DNA of 64,000 nt, from assembly GCA_036172245.1 (NCBI GenBank), contig JAYWIR010000020.1:3224001-3288000 (forward strand). Direction: 5' to 3'. The DNA is from Raillietiella orientalis (taxonomy: Eukaryota). Of this stretch, positions 27,492 through 39,276 are shown in pieces. The translations under genes were made by a program, and so were the position numbers. The notes beneath the pieces are model-generated. The model was not told the DNA's origin. It worked only from the letters and a program-made list of their open reading frames with translations, and ran no database searches. Position 1 is the first letter of the stretch; the number at the start of each line of letters is the position of its first letter.

Positions 27492-30400
27492 ATGGCTGCT
27501 CTTGCCGCAGCTGCATTGCTAGATGAACTTATGGGCAAACATCGAAATGCCTTGCCCAATGAAAAAATAAGAGAAACAAAATGGGATGACTATGAGGTAA
27601 AACCAACAGATCCTAGTCTATATGCGTATAATACATTTAGGTGTGCAAACATTTTCTTGTTAAGTTCTGTCCTAATGAATTATTTGTGAATACAAGAGCT
27701 GATCTTGGACCATGCCCTAAGATTCATGACTTAGAGTTCAGAAAGGAATATGAGAAAGCCTCAACTTACAAAAAACAAATGTATGAAGATGAATTTTTAA
27801 AATTTTGTGATGAATTGTTAATTGATGTGGAAAGAAAGATCAAGAAAGGCAAGCAGCGATTAGCTTTAGCTAATAAAAGTGAAGTGGTAAGCATAATTTT
27901 GTATTTCCCAATGGCTGCATATTTGAAGTTTATTTGCTTTTTTTAATGTGGCCTAAAGCTAGATATTTGTTAACTGCTGGTGATGACAGTTAGCAGAAAT
28001 AGAAAGCATTTATAATGAATACAATATGCAGTACAGATTTTGTTCTTTTTTTTGATTTTGTATGATATTTTTGATGGTAGCTAGCAACTTCAGGATTTAG
28101 TTGTTTTCTCTGTTTTTAACTGAGAACTGTGGTAAAGATTTTCTGCTGTTTATTTTTGCCCTAATTGGGGTGGGAATTCCATTTACTAAGGGAAATCGAA
28201 TTCTTTAGATGAGGAAGAAATTGAGATGTGGGTTTATTTATTAAGAAAATAAAATGATTTAAATTTGGTCATCAAGCATAACTAGTGAACATTATGCTTG
28301 CATAATTGTTCCTTGTTTTGAAAACATCAAATTTTGTAACATGCAATTTGGTCCAGTTATTACATTTGTTTGATGATCATTTGCAAGTATTGTTCCTGTA
28401 AGCTGTTTGTGTTCGACATCCCAGTGTAATTTTTTCCTATACTGCATTCTTGTGATTTTCCGTAAAATATTTAATAAAGTTTGTTTGCTTGCACAAGAAT
28501 TACGACTTGCTCACTTGTCTTAAAGAATACGTTTTTCTTGTGTTTGTGTCTTAAAACTCCATCTTAATCACATGTTACATTGCAGTGTAAACAAATGTTA
28601 CTGCAAAGTGCAATGTAACTGCTAAGAATAGTTTCTTTATTGGGCTTTTCTGTTAAGTGGTTTATGTTTTAGCCAATTGGGTTTAGAGATCTTATGGTTC
28701 AAAGATTCATACTGTCTTAAAAACATCTACCAATTTGAGTAATTCCTAGGTCAGTCATATTATTGTAATCCCTATTATGTTGGGAGTTTTTTGATAGTGT
28801 TACAATACTCATGTCACAAATTCATGAAAGTTCTTATGGTGCGAGTGTATTAGACTTTTCACATTTTGCTGTTAGATCTTTACTTAAAGATAGTGGTATA
28901 GATATGATTGTTGCATGCACACCCCAATTTCGTTGGTGGAATTTTATATCCTTAATATAATCATTTCACTAGTGCACCACATTCTTGGAGAGGTATGAGA
29001 GATGGTGTCTATATTACGTAACTTTTTTAAATATATAAAAAGTATTGCTTAAAATATACGATTGCCAGTTTCCTTAAAACCTTTTTTGGAATTGGTCCAG
29101 TGTGTGATGTAAATCTCAAAAAGAGGTATTTTCCTTTTTACTTTTGAATTTCACTTATGACAACTTTTGATGGCATTCCCTGTCTGCTTTGGCTTAGTTC
29201 TCCAGTAAAATTGCTTAAGGTTTACTTCCTAATTTCAGCTGGAATATAGCTGAAGGTATGTATTTTTTAGAGAAGTTACATAAGCAATCACCATTTTCAT
29301 GTATGCTTTGTAAGTGTGCAAGCTTATACTCTTATACACGGAATTCTCTGTATGGTTTGTCACTCTGCATCCAGGTATAAAATATTGTCATGCATTTACA
29401 CTGAGGAATAGCATCTGTATATATTATAATACATAATTTATTTTTCTCCAGTTATTTTTCGGCATTGAATACTACAGCCAAGCTACTTCAACTGGAATTA
29501 AGTAATTTTGTAATTATTTCATGTACACCATGGGTTCCATGTGAATGAATAACTTTTAAAAGGTTTAGTCAAGAACACAGCAAGCAAAACAAGTAAACGT
29601 TTGTTTTGAGATTTAAAAAAATGTACTTCAACATTTGCTTTCTTTTTTGGCGATTATTTTAGAATATGAAGTTAAAGACAAATCACAAATTATAAAAATA
29701 ATTTTACAAATACTACAGTCATTGCTATATAAGTTGCATAGATTGTGAAGACTCCACATTAAGTATATTAAAGCAATTTACTGTTTATTCTATAAGTCCT
29801 TTACTGGTGACTAACTTGCATGAAATGCAAAGTTATTATTTTACACATACACTACAGCCAAGCTACTTCAATTGGAACTTACTAGTTTAAAAATGTCTTG
29901 TTTGTGCTCATATCATCAATATAACAGAGACCTTTAAGAGTTCAGTGTTTAGGTGTTTGCCATAGTTATTCTTTTAATTATACTGATTGCTGTGAAAAGA
30001 TTTAATTGCTGATTAATACAGTTTCTCACATTAATGAATGTATGTGAACATGGAACACTATTTACATACCTGGGTTGTGATTTATTTTTCCTTACCTAAC
30101 ATTGATGAATCATCCTAGATAACAATCAATCCAGCTCAGAAAAAGCTGTATGAAGAAAAGCTCATAATTTTAACGGAGAAAATAAATAACTTGGTTAAAG
30201 AAGTCGAGAGAATGGGAAGCAATGGAAATGTAGAGGAAGCTCAAGGGTTGCTAAAGCTTTGTGACCAACTAACGGAAGAAAAAGAATTAATAAAGCAAAA
30301 AATGGACGTATCCAAATTATATGGGGTAACATTTATGCTAATGCAATACTTAGATTAATTTAGTAGCTCATTTATTGTACGTATTTAATTTTAGAGTAGC

Positions 30401-31123
30401 GATATACCTTTTGGTCAAGAAAAGCAGATGGAAGTTTGTGAAATTTGTGGTGCCTTTTTGATTGTTGGTGATGCCCAGCAGCGAGTTGATGACCACTTGA
30501 TGGGAAAACAACATATGGGTTATGCTAAACTTAGAAATGCTGTGGAAGAAATTCAGGTTGTTTATGGGCAAAAAGAGTTCAATCCCAACATGTGTTTTAG
30601 AAAGAACAGAAGAAACGAAAAGAAGAAAAAGAACTTCAGAAAGAAAAAGAAGATAGAAAGAGAAAAGCAGATGAAGAAAGTCATCGGAAAAAGTATTTGT
30701 TACATTTAATTCAACACTGCTAAAAGCTCAATTTCATTAGGTTGGTTTTGGAGGAAGAGAAAAAGAGAGAAACACATGGAGATCATCATGGCAATCACAG
30801 TCATAGCAGTAGGAGAGAGGGTCATCACAAAAGCACAGAGAGGTGACATTCTTTTATATTATCACTTCACATAAATTTATTCATTTAGAGTGCATAATCA
30901 TGTATTTAATAACCGAGAGAGACAGAAACACACTGACAAAAACAGATCAGATAGAGAGAGCAGAAGTTACAAAAGAGGTAAGTTACATGTCATATTCATG
31001 CAAAAATTTTCACACGACGAAAGTGTAGATGCTAATGCCCAAAGACATGGACAAAAAAGTAAAGTCAGCAGTTCTCGTGAAAAAGTTGTAAATGTTGATT
31101 ACTATAACAGTCATTGCCGATAA
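27492..31123 (+). CDS. LUC7L3: Luc7-like protein 3 (U1 snRNP-associated splicing factor), 8 exons
   Basis: Exons 27492-27596, 27641-27886, 30119-30325, 30395-30556, 30601-30692, 30741-30842, 30889-30977 and 31029-31123, all GT-AG and in frame. LLDELMG.HRN; ZnF1 VCKHFLVKFCPNELFVNTRADLGPCPKIHD; ZnF2 QEKQMEVCEICGAFLIVGDAQQRVDDHLMGKQHMGYAKL; charged R/E/K/S tail. Confidence 0.95.
29471..29877 (+). repeat. Duplicated 27-nt module in LUC7L3 intron 2 containing a CAG acceptor
   Basis: ACTACAGCCAAGCTACTTCAA(C/T)TGGAA at 29471-29497 and 29851-29877 (26/27 identical). A third TACTACAG lies at 29711-29718. Confidence 0.9.
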
Positions 31124-31682
31124 AGGTATCCTGGAAATGAATTTAGTGAGTGTACCTACAACATAGGTAAGTGCTTCCTAAGTTTGCTTAGGTGAGCTGA
31201 CCAATTCTACTGTTGATGATCTAAGCATGTGTGTCTTGGGTATATTAAGGGAGGGCCGGTTTCTGAACTCAGGTAGGTTTCAATAGTTAAAATCTAAATA
31301 CGTGAGGAGCATAGCTCTTTTAACTGTTTATGCTATGCAAACAGTTGCTGTACACAATGTCAGCAACTGTGTTTAGGGCCTTTTGATCTTAATAGAAGAC
31401 TGCTGAGTATTGGCTTGCTGAATGTATAGCCTGTGGTGTGTGTCTTGATCAAAGTGCATGCAATATCTTGTCAAGAATTGGTGCATTTCAGCTGGCAGCA
31501 TCAGAAAATTGAAAATAGAAGATCCCCTTTCAAAGAGGTTTGTCACTAGCAAATTCCATTCAGTTTTAAAGATCCTAGCAAGAAATTCATCCCTAAGAAT
31601 TTTGTATTTCATTTGTCAGTAAAAAAAACTTCAAAAGAAATGTGCTATTTTAGGATCATTTTAAGTTTTTTTTTAATGGTAA

Positions 31683-34600
31683 CTAAACTGTTATTCTATT
31701 GATTAATTGCAAAAAAGTATCCCATGATAACTGTTGCAACTCTAAGCTGTGGAAAAAAATCTTTGCATCATCTTTACAGTCTGCTTGTAAAAGGAATCTA
31801 ATTTTGGAAACTGGTAAAGTGAGAACAGTACATGCATCTGTAATGCTACGAATTAACCTTAGTATTCATAAACATATGCATATGCTATAGTTACCTTTTA
31901 AAATAAGCCTCTGGTTTACTTGTATACTTGCCAAAAATCGAGAACAATCCACGAAACATGTCAAATTTCAGTTGTAATGCACCTTCTTCACTGAAACCTG
32001 TTTGCAATATCACATTCAGAATTAACTATAAGAAAAATAAAAACGAATGGATACGAGGTCAAAAAATAATTTTTACCACCTTGTCCAATTCACAAGAAAT
32101 CTCCAGCCAAAATTTCAGGAAAGAATCACAATTTAAGTGGTCTTGATAGTGATTGAATATGAAGCTTAAATATTGCAACAATGGGCATATACTAGGTGAT
32201 ACATTCAAAGAAGTCAACCTATCGGAAATTTGGTAAAACCTAACAAAAACCTCAATGAATCTGAACATGACCATAACTTACTTGTGATTTTGATAGTAGT
32301 TAAGTTTTTCATGAATTGTATATATGGAAGATTGGATAATAATGTCCAATATTTCCTCTTTTAATTGTTCATACAAGTGAAGTATTTGTTGAAGACTCAT
32401 GCTTGCTGTGTGAGAACTGTTTGACATTTCATACAACAGTAGAATATGCTTTAAAAACGATAATTAGTACAAATTCTCGGGTTTTCAGCAGTGATATAAG
32501 AAACCTTAAACTACATAACTTAAAACTGCTAAGAACAGATATCCGTGTTCTAACACGAATATCCGAACTAAACAGACTGACTAGTATCTTTAGGCATTTC
32601 TCAGGATTACCACAACTATCACAGGTATTTTTCATTTTCAATTTTCTTTCGACTCTTCTGCCCCCCAAGGCAAATATGTATTTTATTCTTGTTGAATCAT
32701 TATAGGAATCAAGATTTTAAGAATATAACGGTGATTAGGATTGTTACCTTACATTTTAAATAATGAAAGTTCAGACATGCAAAAAAGTAATGTATAAAAA
32801 TACCAAACTTTCGCGTAGGCCAAAAATATTTTATGTTTTTGTACAGAATACAATAGTTTAGAAGTACTCTTAATTTCAATCAACTGGAGCTACAAATTTG
32901 GCTTTTCTAAAGACACTGAAATCATCACTTTGTATTTAAATGATTCTTACAGGTTGATTTGGCCACTCTTGCAAAACATCAAGAATATACACCACAGTAT
33001 TCATTATACCGCAAATTGTACTTGAATTCAAGGGATCACTTTTTTCAGCTCGTATCAACTGAAGCAGCCTAATTCTAAAGTCATCAAGAAGCTCCAATTG
33101 TAAACCAAAGAACTTTACTCTGGAGAAAGTTTTTGATTAATATCTCAACAATCATATTCACCTCAGATTCACTGAAGGAAGATTTTTGTACCGATCGGAA
33201 ATTGATGTTAACAAAATCATGAAATGGTTACCACACTGAGTAACTTGAATGTCATTTTCAGATTGTGATACCCATGCAGATTTTGATGAGAACATCATAT
33301 CTACTTTTTTAATTGCAACTAAATAAATACAAACAGTGAAAGAAGAATAAAAAAACACGATAACACTTACATTTTTTTTCTATGCTTAACCATCTACTCA
33401 GTACATGCTTCTGTGTAAGCACACATAATACACTAGGCTTGCCAACAGAATTTAACAAAGATTTCAAGTGCTTATCAAAGATGAGTATTTCATCCACTGT
33501 ATGAGAAAAGACCTTATCATTCACTTCTGGTAAATCCATCTGAAGCTTTTCAACCAACAAAAGTGTAAGACCACAGGCAACATCTTCCTTCCAGGGTTAA
33601 AAAAGATGAACAAAATTTTTTTTCCAAGAAATCTTGAATTAGGGAGTGGTTTCGGAAACAATTTACATGGCAATCGTCATTTGCAGAGTATATCAAAAAT
33701 TGATATAAGTTTGATATAAATATTAATCATGTTTACTTGGCTAACCACTAGCATCACACAGATAACAATTAGGCAAAAGGTACATGGATTGCAATATGGA
33801 AGGAAATCAGACATGAATGGATAACATGAAATTTTAAGCACGAAAATAGAAAACAAGCATCATATATCATTAAATATATATGTTTATATATGAATTCAAA
33901 TGTTTTCAACATTCTTTGTATTGGAATTTGGGGGGAACACATTTATCAGGCCATTTTCTGAGTGAAAATCAAGGCAACTTGTTTTGGCATTATGGTTACT
34001 ATCGAATATGCATTATGGGGGAAGAAAAATTAAACCAAGGCAATACTTGCATTCAACAAACACTAACCAATCAAAATACGTAGCAAACAAATTCATTTTT
34101 CTAATATTATTGCAGAATTTATCGACATTTATTCCTGTTTCTTCAAATGTATATGTCTTTATATTGTCGATTCCTTGCTTTCCAATTACTTAATACACAA
34201 AGAATCTGACATAAAAACAGAGCAACAGCTAATGGATTGAAAAATTTTAACAAATTATCGCGTAGGCTCTCATAATGCATCACTATGAATTCAAAAAATC
34301 GTACACAAATAAACATGAGTAAAGAGAACACAATAGCTCAGAAGTACTCCATCTCATACTCCTAATTTCTAAAAGCTCTAAAATACACAGGAAATTTAAC
34401 ATACCTTTGCATTTATTTTGATTTCATGCTTGTCTAAAATTGGTTGAACATATTTTTGTAAAAAGGACTGACTGTCTTGAACCCAATCTAAAACTTGACT
34501 AAAATACCATTCTGGTTTCTCCCTATTATTGGTTAATTTATTTCCATAAAAGTGATACATAAATCGATTTCTTAAAGGGATCACCATTATCTGAATGGGA

Positions 34601-37470
34601 AAGATTGGATGTTCGAAATCCTCAAATAAGGCTGAAAACACAGAGCTTTCTTGAAGTTCTTTACTAGATACAGGGTCAAGAAAAACTCAAACCAATGGGA
34701 GTTACTTATATCACTGACAATTATCAGTATCTTGGCCATGCAAAACCAACAACTCATTGGAACTAAAAGGATACGGAATTTCAAAATTTAGTAAAAACTC
34801 AAAATCAGATTGGAATCTCTTTACTGCCTCTCCATTATATAATGTTACTGAACTTCTATCTTTTTTGATCACTGGCCAATGAAGTTTAGCCAAATTTTCC
34901 AAAAATGTTCTAAAACATGAATAAATATTCAGATATTACGTTTTAATCCAACTACTTGGTACATTGCTCCATAAGTACATCTTGCATATGTTTCAATGAC
35001 TTTTTAAAGAATGAACATAAAAATTTGCATTTTGATGACTTAATTGCATCTGCAAAATTCAATATTTCCTTATAAGATGAAACAATATTCTTCCTTTTTT
35101 TGCTCAGTATCGCATTATCGAATTTTTCCCTAATAAAAAATAATGAATCAACAACTTTTATTCTGCACTGATCATTAAAAAAAATTAACAAAGCAAATTT
35201 ATGTTGACAACACTTTATGAGAAAATAATTTTCTGAATTTGAACTATGGTAATAATGGACATTTGCACAAACAATTACAAAATAGGCATCACTTCGTCTT
35301 TGTTAATTTTCAATAGTGAAATTTGGTAACAAAAATCTTAGCCCTTGGTCTGCTAATTCCTGTCTAAACAAAGGCACTATAGGTATAAATTCTTTCCCAT
35401 ATCAACTCGAATTACAAAATAATGAATCCTTTTAACACACAGGGACAGACATTAACATGAACGTCACCTAAATTGCACATATTGACACTAACATGAATGT
35501 ATTGATACATTCCAAGCAAAACAGGTGATAAATGTTAAGTATGAATTCCTACATTAGAAAACATGAACAGCCATATGTAATTTCTAGTTCAGATACACTT
35601 TTCAGACATACAAACTATGAGTATTTGAGAAATTGTGGCTATGAAGTTTTAGTTGAAAAACAATTAATTTTGGTAAACAGGCTTTGGAAATGATAAACAT
35701 TAATGTTAAAAACATGAAGATCAGTTCATGTTAATATTGATCAACAATTCAAATGAAATCAACGTTGCATAACAAAAATACTACCATTTTGTGTAGAATG
35801 TTTGCAGGTGTTTGCAGTATGCATAATACTGTTCCAAACAAAGCACATCAGCTATAATATTGTTAAAACCAGAAATGAATTTTTTCTCTTCTGCAAAACA
35901 CTGGGATATTTGGGATTGTAATGCATCACAGGTATTAAACATTTCCTCTATTTTTTGCAATACTTCTTGGGTTTCACCAACATGAGGGTACAGTTCAGCA
36001 TTTGAAACTTTAATTTGAGTGATCTTCAAAAACAAAACAAAATTAACTTCATTTTAAACATACAAACAGCAATTTGCTAATGAATCATATTTCTCTTAAA
36101 CACATTATATGCAGGTGAAAATCCTTATGCTGCATGCAAATGTAAACAGCAACTATACTTGAATGTTTCTACAACTTAAACCTGGAGTTTCAGAAAAGCT
36201 AATAATATGAGACAGTCCAATTTATTTACTCAATGAGAATAAAGATGCAAAAGCTCTCATGATAAACGGTAAATTAGTTAGCAATGAAAATGAACTTTTA
36301 ATATCAAAATTGATTTTGGTCATAACAACTGTTCTTCTTTCAGGATAACTTAAAGCTGTAAATAGAAATGAAAATAACATGAGGACCGCTAGAAAAACTG
36401 TTTCAATACATGAGAGAGTCGAAAGAAAAAACACTTAAACACTTAAACACTTGTAACAACAGTCTGAAATGAAAAAAATTCTGAGCATTTAGGGCAAATG
36501 AAGTTATTAAAAAACAAACTATTACCTAACTGTTAAACTGCAACTGAAATTTAATAACAAATAAAGAAAAGAAAACAAGCAATTCTTTTTAATAATTAGA
36601 AATTATTTAATATAAAGATACAGCTATTCAATACTTGCATTTGAGAAAACCAAAAAGCAGCATATCCTCCCCTATAGATTTCAAACCTTCTACAAAAACT
36701 GATGTATACACGACTCTCGTAAAATTCAGATAAAGCCTGCATATAATACATAACTTCCAAGAAGAGAGTATTATTTTTATTCTGACTTTCTAAAAAATGA
36801 AAACCTGAAGCCATTTTTTTATTTCTAAACAATCTTTCTATTCGATTTTTTCTGTTACTAATTCTTAATAAATAATCACGAACAATAAAATTCATTACGA
36901 ATTCTAAGTAAAATGTCATATTGGTACCTATGAATTGTAATTATTACTGACTTTGAAACATTTTTTTTTTTTTTCCTTAAATTGTTTCATGCATTTAATT
37001 TCCATTTCATTACTGATCAAAAACATCAAACAAGGGAACAAGAAAAACAATAAAGAACTTGGAAAATGCATACTATTCTAAAAGAAAAACGCCAGTTCAA
37101 TCAGAGTACTTTTTGACAAAAAGAAAAATCCATTCTAAAAGGAGTAAAACACAATTGATCATCATTTAACTTTAATAAGTTTTCATAAGAAGGAAACTCA
37201 GAAATACATATTTTAACATCATATGTTCTACAAATCAGCATCAACTTCATCACAACACAATTACAGCACATTTGCAAAAATTATACCAATTTCCAACACC
37301 AACTTGGATCCAATGAAGACAAGACACTTCATAAACAAAGCACATACCTTCTTTTCTAATTCATCTTTACATAAAAGAAGTCTGTTATTTTCAGTTTCCA
37401 GTTTGGTGCAAACATTATCAGTAACTTTAAACATCATGCTTTTGATGGATTCTTCATCCATGTTCTTCAT
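31683..37470 (-). CDS. RINT1: RAD50-interacting protein 1 (RINT1/TIP20 family, NRZ tethering complex), multi-exon
   Basis: ATG 37470 and TAG 31685-31683. Exons give PIQIMVIPLRNRFMYHFYGNKLTNNREKPEWYFSQVLDW, FSHTVDEILIFDKHL, RWLSIEKK, SDRYKNLP, LQLELLDDFRIRLLQL and FSEEGALQLKFDMFRGLFSIF. The small exon near 32.85 kb and the exact N-terminus are uncertain. Confidence 0.9.
34664..34774 (-). other. U12-type (minor spliceosome) GT-AG intron, 111 nt, in RINT1
   Basis: 5' end GTATCCTTTT. Branch-site-like TTTTCTTGAC lies ~11 nt from the terminal AG, with no polypyrimidine tract. Removal joins FEIP|KELQES in frame and removes the in-frame TGA at 34713-34711. Confidence 0.85.
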
Positions 37471-39072
37471 CTGATTTAAATTTCTAAATGATTATCACAT
37501 CCCGGAGTCCTAACTGAAATCACCATATTAGTTTTGCTTTTTGAATAAAACAGTAGTAATTAATGAACCTGCCAGTCTAATATTAATCTTATTAAATATT
37601 CAAAGATGTGACTGCTGACAGACATTTGCACATCCATATATTTTTCATTTCTAACATATTATACATATTTATAACTGAAGAATTAAAGGCAATTTAAAAC
37701 TGAACTAATGTAATGAAATCAAATGCTATCAAGAAAATGGCTCAAAACAACCCAATATTTTATGATACTAATGTAAAATAAAAAATGACCCATCTTAAAC
37801 TTTATTCTTTGGTACTCTTCCACAAGAATGGAAATCAAATGCAAAATTAAATAAGTATCAAGGAAATGGATTCAGTGAAAAAATCTAAACAAAATGCCGA
37901 ACACTATCACAAGTGGATACAGCTACTGGCTTTGAAATGATGACTGTAAATTTCAAAATGCCCATAAAACTCTAATGTAGTGAGACATTTTGTTAATGAT
38001 GGATGTACACTAAATATCATTTTATTTGGGCACTCGTACTCAGATTTCAGAAACTTTTGATTAGCTCCATAAAATTAGGATTTGATTAAAGTCATGATAT
38101 CATGTTATTATGAATAACAAATATGAAATTGATTATTGGATGTTAAAAAAATAATAAGTACGTGATCTTGACAACATTGCAATTAGCAGGGAAAATACAC
38201 AAACGATTACAAATAAGGGGGAAATTTATTCATAGGATATTTATTCATTCATTCATATATTTACATAATCACTGAATAAGTTATGACCAATATAAGCAAT
38301 GCATCTGTACAACGAGACGATGATGCGTACCATCAAACAAGGAAGGACACAAATATAGTTTTATGATAATGCACCGACTTTGTAAATAATATTTTCATTA
38401 GACTTTAGACAATTGTAAAAGGAATATAGAGTTAACAAAAAAATACTGTTAGTGCAATATCTACAAATTGAAAAAGCTTTGCAAGCTTAAAAGATTTTTT
38501 GTATTCTTATCATAATACTGAGGCATTACAAATTATTTTACATAGAATAATCACTTTTTAAATTAACTTATACCAGGCAATTTTTCTTTTAAGAATGAAT
38601 TCCTGAAGTTTCAAAAATTTTATAATTACTTTATAAAAAATCATCTTTGCATGTCAACTTTACATGAGCTCCTGCAATAGGAAAATCCTGCACATGCTTA
38701 AATAATAGCATGTTTCCCAAAATCACACAGCATTTTCACGGGAGCACCACACATATTTTCAATAGTTTATTGTACGTTCTATTAATTGAGCTTATTTGGA
38801 AACGTTAATGCTAAATAAAAAGGGAATTCAAAATAACTGCTCCATACATTGCCCGCTTGTAACGCTTTGCATTTTCAGTTTATTACTGTAAAACTTACTA
38901 TTCTTGCATTCATTCTGCGAATCCAAAAACTGCCAAGTTTGAAGTTACATCACAAGATTTTCACATAAAGTAACTGAAATTCATATCATAATACCACTGT
39001 GTCCTTAATTCCCTGCCACTGATCTTCAAAATATATAGTTGCACAATAATGTGAAATTGTACTTAGGGAATA

Positions 39073-39276
39073 TCATTTATGTATTTTATGGAAGCGTTCA
39101 TTATGTCTACTCAGATTGAACAAAGAAATGAAAACTCTGTTACATTCTGAACACTTATATTCTTTATTTTTTCCATTTTCACTAGACAAAAGATCTTGCG
39201 CTACATGCTGCACAAAGACGCTAAACAAACCAAAACTTTCTTTACAAAGATGACAGAAATATGGCTGCTGTGACAT
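39073..39276 (-). CDS. Small C2H2 zinc-finger protein (67 aa; one canonical and one degenerate finger)
   Basis: YKCSECNRVFISLFNLSRHNERFH is a canonical C2H2 finger; YFCHLCKESF..FVQHVAQD lacks the last His. A GTGAGT..TTTAG intron ending at 39278 precedes the ATG. Confidence 0.7.
   Translation of the reverse strand: MSQQPYFCHLCKESFGLFSVFVQHVAQDLLSSENGKNKEYKCSECNRVFISLFNLSRHNERFHKIHK

Noticed and set aside
28946..28956. ATATCCTTAAT (U12 donor- or branch-like) in LUC7L3 intron 2
   Set aside because: Single copy with no matching partner site identified; could be chance in AT-rich DNA.
30308..30315. GTATCCAA as a possible U12 donor in LUC7L3
   Set aside because: Lacks the conserved TT, has no U12 branch site, and an in-frame U2 donor exists at 30326.
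36430..36452. Short tandem (AACACTTA)x3, plus similar micro-duplications and homopolymer runs elsewhere (2954, 22539, 54725, 55321)
   Set aside because: Ordinary slippage repeats; no repeat-spacer or array structure.
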